Source of the DNA: Alphaproteobacteria bacterium
GTDB taxonomy: Bacteria; Pseudomonadota; Alphaproteobacteria; RF32; CAG-239
Assembly (NCBI GenBank): GCA_045221335.1
Contig: JBGUWS010000014.1
Span: 70,261 to 134,260 of the forward strand
Direction of reading: 5' to 3'
Length of the DNA stretch: 64,000 nt
Positions 10,035 through 20,920 of the stretch are shown here, piece after piece. Each line of letters begins with the position of its first letter. Within the stretch, counting starts at the first letter, position 1. Under the pieces are notes generated by a model. The model did not search any database, was not told the origin of the DNA, and saw nothing but the letters and a program-made list of their open reading frames with translations. The translations under genes were made by a program, and so were the position numbers.

Positions 10035-12625
10035 TAAAAGTACAAACACTAGAAGACTTAGATAAACTGATAGATCGTGTCCATATTGCACAAAATCAAT
10101 TTGCCACATTTTCAGAGGAAAAAGTTGATGCTATTTTTAAAGCAGCAGCCAAAGCAGCTAATAAAATGCGAATTGATTTGGCAGAAATGGCCGTTGAGGA
10201 AACGGGCATGGGCGTATTAGAAGATAAAATCATCAAAAATCATTTTGCCTCAGAATACATATATAACAAACATAAAGGCGTAAAAACGTGCGGTATAATC
10301 AGTAAAGATAAGACCAACGGTATCAAAGTCGTTGCAGCACCATTAGGTGTACTGGCAGGAATTGTTCCGACGACAAATCCGACCTCTACTGCAATTTTTA
10401 AATCTTTAATATGCTTAAAAACCAGAAATGGAATAATTTTTTCGCCCCACCCGAGAGCAAAAAAATCAACAGTAGCAGCGGCAAAAGTTGTATTGGATGC
10501 AGCAGTTAAAGCTGGCGCACCAAAAGACATAATTGGATGGATAGAAGAACCGTCAATAGAATTATCAAATGCCTTAATGACACATCCGAAAATTCAAGGA
10601 ATTCTAGCAACAGGTGGTCCTGGAATGGTAAAAGCGGCGTATTCAAGCGGTAAACCAGCTTTAGGTGTTGGCTCCGGAAATACACCGGCCATAATTGATG
10701 AAACCGCAGATATTAAATTAGCCGTATCTTCAATTTTAATGTCAAAAACATTCGATAATGGTATGATATGTGCATCAGAGCAATCAATAATAGTTGTGCA
10801 AGATGTCTATGAAGAGGTCAAAAAAGAGTTCATTTATCGCGGTGCCCATTTATTAAATCCGAAGGAGACGGAAGCATTAGGTAAAATCATACTAATTAAC
10901 GGTAGTGTTAATGCGAACATTGTTGGTCAACCAGCACATAAGATTGCATCCATTGCCGGATTCAAAGTTCCTGAAGAATCAAAAATTCTTTTGGCAGAAC
11001 AAACAGATTATAGTCCGAAAAATCCATATGCACATGAAAAACTTTCTCCGATTCTAACCATGTATAAGGCAAAAGATTTTGAATCTGCAACCGAAATAGC
11101 CTTAGCATTAGTAAATAACGGTGGGCTAGGGCACACATCTGTTTTATATACAGATAACAGAATACAGGATAGAATAGATTTTTATGCTAACAAAATGCCA
11201 ACCGGTCGTATTTTAATTAACTCTCCAGCTTCTCAAGGTGGTATTGGAGATTTATATAATTTTCGGTTAGAACCATCGTTAACTCTAGGTTGTGGTTCAT
11301 GGGGTGGCAATTCAGTAAGCGAAAATGTTGGTGTTAAACACCTATTAAACTATAAGACAGTGGCAGAAAGGAGAGAAAATATGTTATGGTTTAGAGTTCC
11401 TCCAAAAATTTATTTTAAGCGTGGATCTACAGAGTTAGCATTGCGTGAATATGAAAATAAAAAACGTGTCTTTATCATAACAGACAGATTCTTGTTTGAT
11501 TCAGGGGCCGTGCGGACGATTACTGACACATTTGAAGAAATGGATATAGACTATCAAATTTTCTTTGATGTTAAGCCTGACCCGACCATATCAACAGCAG
11601 AGCAAGCGTTTACTATGGTTAAAACCTATCAGCCGGATTTAATTGTGGCTTTAGGTGGTGGATCGCCAATGGACGTTGCTAAAATTATATGGTTAATGTA
11701 TGAACAGCCTGAAACAAATTTTGAAGATATTTCAATGAGATTTATGGATATCAGAAAACGTATTTGTTCCATTCCTGAATTAGGCAAAAAAGCAGATTTA
11801 GTTTGCATTCCGACAACATCCGGAACAGGCTCTGAAGTAACACCGTTTTCAGTCATAACAGATGATAAAACACATGTAAAATATGCAATTGCAGATTATG
11901 CCTTAACCCCAAAAATGGCGATTATAGATGCCAATTTTGTTGATGGCATGCCAAAATCTCTGACTGCAGCCGGAGGAATTGATGCATTAGTTCATGCTTT
12001 AGAAGCATATGTATCCGTTATGGCAACAAACTATACTAATTCTCTAGCTTTAGAAGCTATCAAACAAATTTTCCGTTATTTACCAGATTCTTATAAAGAT
12101 GGTGCTAACAATCCCAAAGCACGAGAGAAAATGCACAATGCAGCAACAATTGCCGGCATGGCCTTTGCAAATGCATTTTTAGGCCTATGTCACTCCATGG
12201 CTCACAAACTTGGTGCTATGTATAATATTCCTCATGGTATTGCAAATGCGCTGTTAATTTGTCAGATCATTCGCTTCAATGCAACGGATTGTCCTAAAAA
12301 ACAAGCTGCATTTCCACAATACAAAGCACCAGAGGCCAAAAAGCGTTATGGTCAGATTGCTCATGTTTTATATTTGGCCGATGAAGATGTTCCAGATGAT
12401 GAAAAAGTAAATCGTTTGATTAAGGCTGTTGCTCAATTAAAAGAACAAATAGGTATTCCGGCATCTATTCACGAATGGGGCATTGATGAAAAGACATTTA
12501 AGGATAATTTAGATGAACTTGTAAGATTAGCCTTTGATGATCAATGCACGGGTGCAAATCCGGTATATCCGTTAATGAGCGATATCAAACAAATTTACTT
12601 AGATGCCTATGAAGGTAAATACTAA
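10031..12625 (+). CDS. adhE: Bifunctional acetaldehyde-CoA/alcohol dehydrogenase
   Basis: 864 aa. N-terminal ALDH domain (catalytic Cys in ICASEQS) and C-terminal iron-containing ADH domain ([10 protein letters not shown]; His-rich metal site [14 protein letters not shown]). Confidence 0.9.
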   Translation: MIKVQTLEDLDKLIDRVHIAQNQFATFSEEKVDAIFKAAAKAANKMRIDLAEMAVEETGMGVLEDKIIKNHFASEYIYNKHKGVKTCGIISKDKTNGIKVVAAPLGVLAGIVPTTNPTSTAIFKSLICLKTRNGIIFSPHPRAKKSTVAAAKVVLDAAVKAGAPKDIIGWIEEPSIELSNALMTHPKIQGILATGGPGMVKAAYSSGKPALGVGSGNTPAIIDETADIKLAVSSILMSKTFDNGMICASEQSIIVVQDVYEEVKKEFIYRGAHLLNPKETEALGKIILINGSVNANIVGQPAHKIASIAGFKVPEESKILLAEQTDYSPKNPYAHEKLSPILTMYKAKDFESATEIALALVNNGGLGHTSVLYTDNRIQDRIDFYANKMPTGRILINSPASQGGIGDLYNFRLEPSLTLGCGSWGGNSVSENVGVKHLLNYKTVAERRENMLWFRVPPKIYFKRGSTELALREYENKKRVFIITDRFLFDSGAVRTITDTFEEMDIDYQIFFDVKPDPTISTAEQAFTMVKTYQPDLIVALGGGSPMDVAKIIWLMYEQPETNFEDISMRFMDIRKRICSIPELGKKADLVCIPTTSGTGSEVTPFSVITDDKTHVKYAIADYALTPKMAIIDANFVDGMPKSLTAAGGIDALVHALEAYVSVMATNYTNSLALEAIKQIFRYLPDSYKDGANNPKAREKMHNAATIAGMAFANAFLGLCHSMAHKLGAMYNIPHGIANALLICQIIRFNATDCPKKQAAFPQYKAPEAKKRYGQIAHVLYLADEDVPDDEKVNRLIKAVAQLKEQIGIPASIHEWGIDEKTFKDNLDELVRLAFDDQCTGANPVYPLMSDIKQIYLDAYEGKY

Positions 12626-12656
12626 AAATAATTGATTTTTAGTTTGAGGTGAAAAT

Positions 12657-12690
12657 AAAAGGGCACAATAACATTGTGTCCTTTTTAATA
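12657..12690 (+). terminator. Rho-independent terminator after adhE
   Basis: Hairpin gggcacaa-taacat-tgtgtcc followed by a T-run. Confidence 0.6.
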
Positions 12691-12747
12691 AATATTAATA
12701 ATTAATCGAATAGACTAAAAAAGTAGCGTTATACAAGGGGCAGGGAA

Positions 12748-13260
12748 ATGGAACCAACACAAGCAATGGTTAATGAATATAAGCTAAAGCAATTTGCTAA
12801 GGCTATGTGCAAAGTTATTGATAGTAAATATAATCCCAAATACGCCTTAAAAATTAAGATAGACCACAATAACATCAATAAAGAGCTCAAACAAAAATGT
12901 ATGGCGCACCCATACAATGTATTAGGGTGGACGTTAACAACCTTTGAGAAGGCATTAGTTGGTAAAAAAAATTGGAAAACAAATCCTGTTCCCTTTTTAT
13001 GGATAAAAGTTGCAGAAAAAGATGGTAAATATCAACACGGATATGTGGTTATAGGGGGAACAAACTACATGTCAGATAAAATCCAAGGAGCAATAGACCG
13101 CGTCAGAGAGCAGTTACTTGGCACCATAGAAGTAAATATGATAAAAATTAACAGCATTGCTGATTTAGAGTTAGATGCCAGTACAATAACATACATCGAT
13201 GCCGAAGGTAACGCCAAGCTTCGTAATGTTATAAGCTCTAAAACTATCTTAGGAATTTAA
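12748..13260 (+). CDS. Hypothetical protein (170 aa), no recognisable motif
   Basis: ORF with an AGGGGCAGGG-type RBS region; nothing recognised. Confidence 0.4.
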   Translation: MEPTQAMVNEYKLKQFAKAMCKVIDSKYNPKYALKIKIDHNNINKELKQKCMAHPYNVLGWTLTTFEKALVGKKNWKTNPVPFLWIKVAEKDGKYQHGYVVIGGTNYMSDKIQGAIDRVREQLLGTIEVNMIKINSIADLELDASTITYIDAEGNAKLRNVISSKTILGI

Positions 13261-13403
13261 CACGTTTTATAAGCTTTTTGATATAAATACTTTTAACGAA
13301 TAATTAAACAATTCGTCCTACCTTGTAAGCATACAATTGGTCACTGGGCTTAATTTAATAGAGCCTGGGATATGAGTTTATATTTTTTTATAGAGGTCGT
13401 AAT

Positions 13404-16400
13404 ATGTGTAAGTATCGTCGTTCTGAAATAGGTTTGTTAAACAGAAGATATCGCAGTGTATTAAAAAAATGCCTGCTGATTAATTGCGGATTGCTCCTTG
13501 TTTCGTCTCCTGTACAAGCTGAAGTATTACCGGTTTTAGGCGATAGCAGTGTAGTTGAATATCAACTGGGTAGCGAAGATGATTACACGTTCAAACTTAT
13601 CGAAAATGGTGTCACCACGTATTATAAGATAAATATTTTAACCGACCTGCTGGATAGCAACCATATTTTGTGGGATAAGGTAGCATCCGCTGGTGAAAAT
13701 ACAATAGGTATAACTCTGCCGCATAATGGTACCGGCACAGAAACGATGTACTTAAAATACTCATATGATGGTAGTGAATGGGGAGCAAGTGTCAGTAACT
13801 TTAAGGATAATACAGTTAGAGCAGCAGCTACGGCTTCCTCTTATACACCCGATAATCCTTTTCCTTTAACTGGTATAACAGATACACAAAAGAAAGTCCT
13901 ATCAGGATTGTACACATATGATAATAAGGTTTACGAAGGAAACTATGTAACCCCGATTGTGCGTCAAAATAGAAGCGGTGGTACAATTTATGCTGCGTTG
14001 TATGGAACAGCACTAAGCAACGTAGTAAATCCAAATAATGAAACTGATTTACATAAAGATCTTGGTGATCTAACTGCTGATTTTATTAATAACTATGTGG
14101 ATGCGGTATCCACAAATTTATCAAGTACAGGTGCAGTTGTCAAGGTGGGTTCATCCTCTAATCTATACATATACGGTGGAGCAGCAGGTAACCCCGGTGC
14201 GATTACGGTGCCATCCGGCGGTGATTTAATAACATCTGATCCTAGTTCTATTCAAAGCTTAACAGGAGAATTTATTGGGAACTATATTACCGGAACGGCC
14301 ATTGTTGCAGATGATGATACAGCAACTTCATTACTGGGAGCTTATGGCGGAGCTCTGGGTAATAGAGGAATAATCGGAACCATTACCGGCTCTTTTATAA
14401 ATAACTACATTGATGTAACAGCAACCGGCGATGGAGCTACAGCCTATGGCTTTGGTGGTGCAGTTTATAACCATGGCACAATCACAACACTTAATGCCAA
14501 TTTCTTATCAAATTATGCAGATCATGGTGGTGCAATTTATAATGATGGAGAAATCACCACCTTATCAGGTAATTTTATTGGTAATAGGGCAACCAACGGA
14601 AATGGTGGCGCAATACATGGTGCCGGCTTTGAAAACATTAATGGTGACTTTATTTCAAATGAAGCCAATGGTAATGGCGGTGCTATCAGTGTAGAGGCTG
14701 AAAACGGCGGGATAATAGAAAATCTACGCGGAGAATTTATAGCCAATCAGGCACTCGATGGTAATGGTGGCGCTTTGTTTATCGGTAATCAATCCGGTGT
14801 TGAACAAGTAACAGGTAATTTTATTGGCAATATAGCAAACTCGGATGGTGGTGCTATCTATATAGAAGACACAGACGAAGCAACGAACATTGTTGCTGAT
14901 ACAGCAGATGTTCTGTTTAGTAATAATACAGCTAATGACAGATATAATGATATCTATCTAAAAGATGTTGAAAATTTCGGATTAAACGCAGCATCAAACC
15001 ATACCATTACATTTAATGGTACAATCGAAGGCGAGACCACTTCAGATACTGTTTTTGCCAATATCAATAGAGGTTCATCAAATACCGGTGGAACTTACGC
15101 TTTTAATAACGAAGTTTCAGGTTTAGGACTGCGTGTTTACAATGGTGCACAAATTAAATTAGGTGTTCATGAGCAGTCAGATGGGACAACAACCGATGGA
15201 TATCTCAATTTGGAAAGTTTTGAAAATGATGCCCAAGGCGGTGAAATCGATGCTATAAACGGAGTATACCGCACGCAGATTTTGGGTAGCAATGTGAAAT
15301 TATTATCAGACTTGGATTATAAAATTGATATTTTAGTTGAAAATAATCTGGTAACCATTTCTGATATGATACAAATTGCATCAACAGACCAGGATTCCGT
15401 TGGTTCCATCAATTTGACAGATATTTTATTTGCCGGTGCATCAGAGGGTGAAGCACTTTATTTTGAAGGCAAGAAACAGATTATCAATAATACCGGTAGC
15501 AATGCTGTTACGCTAAAATTAGCTCAAGAATACACGGCCACAGCTGAAAGCCTTGTAACCGATAAGCTATCTATTGATTCTAAGGATATAAATTGGGATA
15601 CAGGTGTTTATCTCTATGATGAAAGGACTGTAGATTCTAAAAAGTTGGTAGCTGTCGAAGGAGAAAGCGGAATTGTTGACAGCATTGAATGGGTAGACAA
15701 TGGTTCCTTAAGCCCGACAGAAGAAAATATCCGCAATTATGATGCCTTAGTATTCTTGCATCAGACGGATATGTTTGGTACCAATGAAAAGACATTCACG
15801 GATAATTCAACCGGAACCTATAACTTAACAGAAAATCTTGGAGAAACTTATGGCTCTCTATCTGTTATAGGACAAGGTGCAGATGCATCAACATTGAATA
15901 TGAACGGTCATCAAGGTTTTGAAATTGGTGACGGGGCAACCGTAAAATTAGACGGTATATCGGTTAATAGTAATAAAGCCGTGACCTTAGCAGAAGTATC
16001 TGAAGGCGGCTTGCTAAAATTGAATAATGTAGAAATTGCAAGCCCGAAACTGTTTATAACCAATGATGAAAATTTAGAACTAAGCGGTTCTAATACACTT
16101 AATGGTATGATAGATGGTGAGGGAACAACAACAGTTACCGGCGGAGAAACAACCCTAAATGCAGATATCATTCAAGATAATTTGATTATTGCTGACGGTA
16201 CATTAATAACCAATGCAGATAATCTGGAAATTGCTAATGATATTCAAAATGACGGAACATTAACACTAACCGGTGGTAATTTAAGTCAAGGTGTTACCAA
16301 AGCAACAACCGGTGAAGGTGAAGTAACATTAGAAAATAATGTTGTTTTAGCTAATGGTGGTTCTATTTCTGATAATAAATTGGATCTCAAAGATCATAAA

Positions 16401-18824
16401 TTAAGTGTAGAAAACACCGGTGATAATGTACTGGATCTATCCGAATTCAAAAATGAAGCAGGAGCAGAGTTAGATACACAAAACGGTGCCACCCAAAACT
16501 TAAATTTAGGCCAAGCTCTGATTGATAATTTGGAATATGCCTTAGATGTTGATTTAAGTGGTGACGGTACCGCTGATACTTTAACGGTTGCGGATAATTC
16601 AAGCGGAACAGTTAAAATAACATCATTAAATTTCCTCAATCCAACAGCTCCGAATAAGGAATTTGAGATTAATGTTATCAATGGTAGCGGTGTAACTTTA
16701 GAGTTAGATAGAGCTATTACCGCATCTATGTATGCTATCGGAACAACTAGCGAAAGCAAAGCAGATACAATTGCTGCAAATACCTTGTATAATCCGGAAG
16801 GTAATTACTTTGAATATGTAAGACAAGGAGATGTTTTAGGTAAAATAGACTTAACCGAGGATCAGACTGGTATTAAATTAGAAGCAAATGATGTGATCTG
16901 GGGAACATGGGAAAAAGGTGATCCTCTTGGCGATACTATGATGCTTGTCAATACGGATGAAACAAATAGTGTCAAAACCTTCAATTTTGCTACACCTGAT
17001 GATAATTATCAGATCAGCGATAACTTAGGAGCAACAAAAGGTGATTTGGCTGTCAATGGTGTCTCATCAGATAACGGTAAGTCAACTTTAGATTTAAATG
17101 GCCATAGCGGATTTGAGGTAGATGAAAACGCAAGTTTGACTATCCGCAATACCAATGTTATTGGTCAAAATGCCATTGTTTCAAGCGGAGAAGTTACATT
17201 AGATAACACAGATGTTGAAACAGTCACCAACGATGGTACCTTAAATATTGCCAATAATACCACATTTGATGAAATCAGCGGTACTGGAGAAACAAACATC
17301 ACTTCTGATTTGGATTTAGGTGATGGTAAAATATCAGGTAATACGGTCAATGCCACGAATGGTACGGTTAAAGTTGGCAGCAATAATTTGGATCAAGATG
17401 TTGTGCTCAATGCTAAAAATGGTTCAACAATCGAGATTGCAAACAACACTGTTAACATAAAAGAAGCTAATTTTGATCAAGGCTCTGCTTTATCACTTAA
17501 AGTTAATAGTTTAAGTGACTACGGTTCACTTATTGCTAACACAATTAATGTTGAACAAAATGCAACATTAAAAGCAACATTAGCACAAGGGTTGATGGAA
17601 GAAGGGCAGGAGGCAACAATTCAATTGCTCGTTGCAGACAACGATGACTTTAACAACTTTACCGATCAGTTTGAAAACAATATGTATAGTTTTGAAAAAG
17701 ATGGTACCAATGGTGCATATAAAGTAAGAAAAATCAAGACAGCTGATGATGTTGCTAAAGAATATGGAGGAACAAGGACCAATCAAGAAGCAGCAAAGGC
17801 CTACATTGAAGGCGATAGATTTCCTGATGGAGCATCAGGTGAAATTGCCGATGGTCTTGCTGATCTCGCTCAAAATGATGCCAAAGGTTTGTTAAAAGCC
17901 CTAACAGCACTGGCCCCTAATGATTCTCCAGTGTTACAAGGTGTTGTCAGCTATCAGGATGATATCCTGTTTCGTACAGTAGCTCAGCATTTACGTCAGG
18001 CTAAGGATGATAATGTACTGTTACAGAGCTTAACGGATGGATTGTCCTTATGGGTTCGTACATATATGGGAACATCTAAATTAAATGATCATGCCGGTAT
18101 CTATGGATTTGATATGGATAGCAAAGGTATTATCGCTGCGCTTGAAAAGAAGTTGACATCAGTGCTTAAAGCCGGTTTAGGTTATCATTATGATAAGGCA
18201 GATGTAAGCGCTTACTCTCGTGATGTTGATGTTGAGATGAATAAAATATTTGCCTATGCAGAATATAAACCAAGCCAGTTATTTATGCACGCAACAGCAG
18301 GCTACGGCATGTCAGATTATAAAGAAGATAAAATGGCATTAGGTAACACCTATAAAGCTAAGTATGACGTTGATACATTTTCAATGCAAGCTTTAGTTGG
18401 TTACGAACAGGATTACATAACCCCTGAAGCAGGATTAAGATATTATCACATCAAGCGTCGCGGATATAATGATAGCGCAATGCAAAAAGTATCTTCTAAG
18501 GATATGAATGTCTTAGCCGCAGTGGCTGGTTTAAGGGCCGGCAAGGATTATACATTGCCGTCAGGCTACACATTAAGACCGGAAGCTTATATCGGTGTTG
18601 TATATGATATAGTCAGCGATCGTGACAATGCAATTGTAAACTTGGCAAATGGTTCAAGTTATATGGTACATGGTCAAAACTTAAACAAATTTGGTGTAGA
18701 ACTTGGTGCCGGCTTAACAGCAAAATTAATGGATAGTTTATCATTAAATGTCAGCTACATGGGTGGCTTCCGTAGAGATTACAGAAATCATACTGGTATG
18801 ATTGGCTTAAGGTACGACTTCTAA
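13404..18824 (+). CDS. Type Va autotransporter (1806 aa) with Pmp/POMP-repeat beta-helical passenger and C-terminal beta-barrel translocator
   Basis: Signal peptide. Repeated FxxN / GGA[IL] motifs (FIGNRATNGNGGAIHG, FISNEANGNGGAISV, FIANQALDGNGGALFI). C-terminal ~280 aa with autotransporter beta-domain character ending in aromatic ...GLRYDF. Confidence 0.85.
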   Translation: MCKYRRSEIGLLNRRYRSVLKKCLLINCGLLLVSSPVQAEVLPVLGDSSVVEYQLGSEDDYTFKLIENGVTTYYKINILTDLLDSNHILWDKVASAGENTIGITLPHNGTGTETMYLKYSYDGSEWGASVSNFKDNTVRAAATASSYTPDNPFPLTGITDTQKKVLSGLYTYDNKVYEGNYVTPIVRQNRSGGTIYAALYGTALSNVVNPNNETDLHKDLGDLTADFINNYVDAVSTNLSSTGAVVKVGSSSNLYIYGGAAGNPGAITVPSGGDLITSDPSSIQSLTGEFIGNYITGTAIVADDDTATSLLGAYGGALGNRGIIGTITGSFINNYIDVTATGDGATAYGFGGAVYNHGTITTLNANFLSNYADHGGAIYNDGEITTLSGNFIGNRATNGNGGAIHGAGFENINGDFISNEANGNGGAISVEAENGGIIENLRGEFIANQALDGNGGALFIGNQSGVEQVTGNFIGNIANSDGGAIYIEDTDEATNIVADTADVLFSNNTANDRYNDIYLKDVENFGLNAASNHTITFNGTIEGETTSDTVFANINRGSSNTGGTYAFNNEVSGLGLRVYNGAQIKLGVHEQSDGTTTDGYLNLESFENDAQGGEIDAINGVYRTQILGSNVKLLSDLDYKIDILVENNLVTISDMIQIASTDQDSVGSINLTDILFAGASEGEALYFEGKKQIINNTGSNAVTLKLAQEYTATAESLVTDKLSIDSKDINWDTGVYLYDERTVDSKKLVAVEGESGIVDSIEWVDNGSLSPTEENIRNYDALVFLHQTDMFGTNEKTFTDNSTGTYNLTENLGETYGSLSVIGQGADASTLNMNGHQGFEIGDGATVKLDGISVNSNKAVTLAEVSEGGLLKLNNVEIASPKLFITNDENLELSGSNTLNGMIDGEGTTTVTGGETTLNADIIQDNLIIADGTLITNADNLEIANDIQNDGTLTLTGGNLSQGVTKATTGEGEVTLENNVVLANGGSISDNKLDLKDHKLSVENTGDNVLDLSEFKNEAGAELDTQNGATQNLNLGQALIDNLEYALDVDLSGDGTADTLTVADNSSGTVKITSLNFLNPTAPNKEFEINVINGSGVTLELDRAITASMYAIGTTSESKADTIAANTLYNPEGNYFEYVRQGDVLGKIDLTEDQTGIKLEANDVIWGTWEKGDPLGDTMMLVNTDETNSVKTFNFATPDDNYQISDNLGATKGDLAVNGVSSDNGKSTLDLNGHSGFEVDENASLTIRNTNVIGQNAIVSSGEVTLDNTDVETVTNDGTLNIANNTTFDEISGTGETNITSDLDLGDGKISGNTVNATNGTVKVGSNNLDQDVVLNAKNGSTIEIANNTVNIKEANFDQGSALSLKVNSLSDYGSLIANTINVEQNATLKATLAQGLMEEGQEATIQLLVADNDDFNNFTDQFENNMYSFEKDGTNGAYKVRKIKTADDVAKEYGGTRTNQEAAKAYIEGDRFPDGASGEIADGLADLAQNDAKGLLKALTALAPNDSPVLQGVVSYQDDILFRTVAQHLRQAKDDNVLLQSLTDGLSLWVRTYMGTSKLNDHAGIYGFDMDSKGIIAALEKKLTSVLKAGLGYHYDKADVSAYSRDVDVEMNKIFAYAEYKPSQLFMHATAGYGMSDYKEDKMALGNTYKAKYDVDTFSMQALVGYEQDYITPEAGLRYYHIKRRGYNDSAMQKVSSKDMNVLAAVAGLRAGKDYTLPSGYTLRPEAYIGVVYDIVSDRDNAIVNLANGSSYMVHGQNLNKFGVELGAGLTAKLMDSLSLNVSYMGGFRRDYRNHTGMIGLRYDF

Positions 18825-18840
18825 ACCAAACAAGTAAAAG

Positions 18841-18871
18841 AAAATCCCCGTTGCTAAAACGGGGATTTTTC
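18841..18871 (+). terminator. Bidirectional rho-independent terminator (aaaatccccgtt-gctaa-aacggggattttt)
   Basis: Perfect 9-bp stem with flanking A/T runs, lying between convergent genes. Confidence 0.7.
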
Positions 18872-18901
18872 ATAGATATCAGCAAAAATAATTTTGCCTG
18901 A

Positions 18902-20125
18902 TCACGATAATTTTGACACTATACCATCGGCGAGTTTAGGCTCAAACCATGTTGATTTTGGTGGCATCAACATCTTTTTATCAGCCACGGCAATCAGCTC
19001 GCTGACAGCTGTCGGATAAACCATAAAACCAACGCGACCGGCATGTGCATCAACAACCCTCTGAATTTCTTCAGCACCACGGATACCGCCGATAAAATCT
19101 ATTCGTTCCGAATTACGTAAATCTTCAATACCTAAAATATTCTTCAATACCTTGTCACTCAACAAGCTGACGTCAAGCTGAGACACCGGATCAGCAGCCA
19201 TAGGCTCACCGAAATACGTCATGCGGTACCATTGTTTATTCAAATACATGGTGAATTCACCTTTGCGTGAAGGCTTAGCCATTGTAATAGGAGACAATTT
19301 GAAATTTTCACCTAATTTTTGCAAGAATTCTTCTTCACTATAACCGTTTAGATCAAAAACCACCCGATTATAGTCCCAAATTTTCATCTCATCTTCAAAA
19401 TAAGCTACAGCCAAAAAACGAGCACTTTCTGTTGTCCCATCTTCAGCAGCCAACCGTGCCGCTGCAGCCGAGCGATGATGTCCATCAGCAATATACGCTT
19501 CATTTTGGTTATTAAAGGCCTGAGCAATTTGTTTGATTTCATTTTCATCATCAACAATCCAAAGACTATGCCGTACACCATAATCTCCCACAACAGAAAA
19601 AGCAGCTTTTCTTGTTGTAATAATCCGGTGAAGCAAGGCTTTAATTTTAGGCAAGTTTTTATTGATGAGCAAAGCCGGTCCTGTTTGCGCACCGACAGTA
19701 CGTATTTGTTTAACGCGGTCATTTTCCTTAGCAACACGCGTCAACTCATGTCTTTTTATTCGTCCTTCATTATAAGCCTTAACCGAGGCGGCAACCACTA
19801 GCCCCGTTTGAACATGATCTCCCATAATCATCTGATAAACATAAAAACAAGGCTTTTCAGTTTTATAGAGTATACCCTTATCCAATAAGGACTTAAAATT
19901 CTCCGCTGCTTTTTGATAAACCCGTTCTTCATAAGGGGAAACATCCCCCTCGAAGTCTATTTCAGCCTTTGAAATATGCAAAAAACTGTAAGGTTTTCCT
20001 TTAGCTTTAATTTTTGCTTCCTCAGATGACAAAACATCATAAGGGGGAGCAGCAACTTCACTGGCATACGAAGCAGTTGGAACAACCCCGATAAATGGAG
20101 CATAAATCATATTATTGTCATTCAT
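18902..20125 (-). CDS. DUF1015 family protein
   Basis: 407 aa; the N-terminal APPYDV segment and overall composition resemble the widespread DUF1015 family. Function unknown. Confidence 0.6.
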   Translation of the reverse strand: MNDNNMIYAPFIGVVPTASYASEVAAPPYDVLSSEEAKIKAKGKPYSFLHISKAEIDFEGDVSPYEERVYQKAAENFKSLLDKGILYKTEKPCFYVYQMIMGDHVQTGLVVAASVKAYNEGRIKRHELTRVAKENDRVKQIRTVGAQTGPALLINKNLPKIKALLHRIITTRKAAFSVVGDYGVRHSLWIVDDENEIKQIAQAFNNQNEAYIADGHHRSAAAARLAAEDGTTESARFLAVAYFEDEMKIWDYNRVVFDLNGYSEEEFLQKLGENFKLSPITMAKPSRKGEFTMYLNKQWYRMTYFGEPMAADPVSQLDVSLLSDKVLKNILGIEDLRNSERIDFIGGIRGAEEIQRVVDAHAGRVGFMVYPTAVSELIAVADKKMLMPPKSTWFEPKLADGIVSKLS

Positions 20126-20216
20126 TTCAGCATCTCCTGTAAAATTATACTGAAAGTATGATATCTTAATAAATCTATATGTCCATATAAATCAGAAAAT
20201 TGCACATCAAAAACAA

Positions 20217-20768
20217 TTAGTCTCTTTGAGGTTTATAAACAGTACGTCCCAGGGCAACATAGTCTTGCAAAACCTTTATTCCGGCCTCAGATTCAATATT
20301 GCCATAGACAGTAATATTGCGTTTCTTAAACTCTTCTAACCAATTTGGTTTAAATCCTTCATCAAAACCGGTGATTTCTTCAACTTCTTTTGATGGCACA
20401 CTATAATAGATTTTTTTAATTCCGGACCACATAATTCCCCCTAAGCACATAATACAGGGCTCGGCCGTAACATATAAGCTCAAATTGTAAGAGGATAAAT
20501 CATACGTCTCTAATGCCTTTTCAGCAGCTCTGATAGTGTTCATTTCCGCATGATTATGACTGCAAACTTCGGATACAACGCTGTTTGCTTCTTTAGCAAT
20601 CAAATTTCCCTTATCATCATAAATAGCCGCCAAAAAAGGTCCGGAGCCGTTAGCAATATATCGGGGTAACTCCTGCTGTAAACCGGAAATAATTTTTTGT
20701 GCTAAAGATAATTTATTAGGATCTATTTTTTCATTAGCAACAACAGAAAGAAGGGTATTATTTGTCAT
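20217..20768 (-). CDS. CMP/dCMP-type zinc deaminase (nucleoside/tRNA adenosine or guanine deaminase family)
   Basis: Zinc-binding motifs HAEMNTIRAAE and PCIMCLGGI; 183 aa. Confidence 0.7.
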   Translation of the reverse strand: MTNNTLLSVVANEKIDPNKLSLAQKIISGLQQELPRYIANGSGPFLAAIYDDKGNLIAKEANSVVSEVCSHNHAEMNTIRAAEKALETYDLSSYNLSLYVTAEPCIMCLGGIMWSGIKKIYYSVPSKEVEEITGFDEGFKPNWLEEFKKRNITVYGNIESEAGIKVLQDYVALGRTVYKPQRD

Positions 20769-20920
20769 ATCAAAACTCCTTATAACAATAAAAAGTCTAG
20801 GCTAAATGCATTCTTTTTGCAAGCAAAATTTAGCTTTCTCTCACACTCTATTTTAAGAAAAAATAAAATAATACGGCTATATACTACTAAGAGATATTAA
20901 ATCAAAGAGGACTAAAGACT

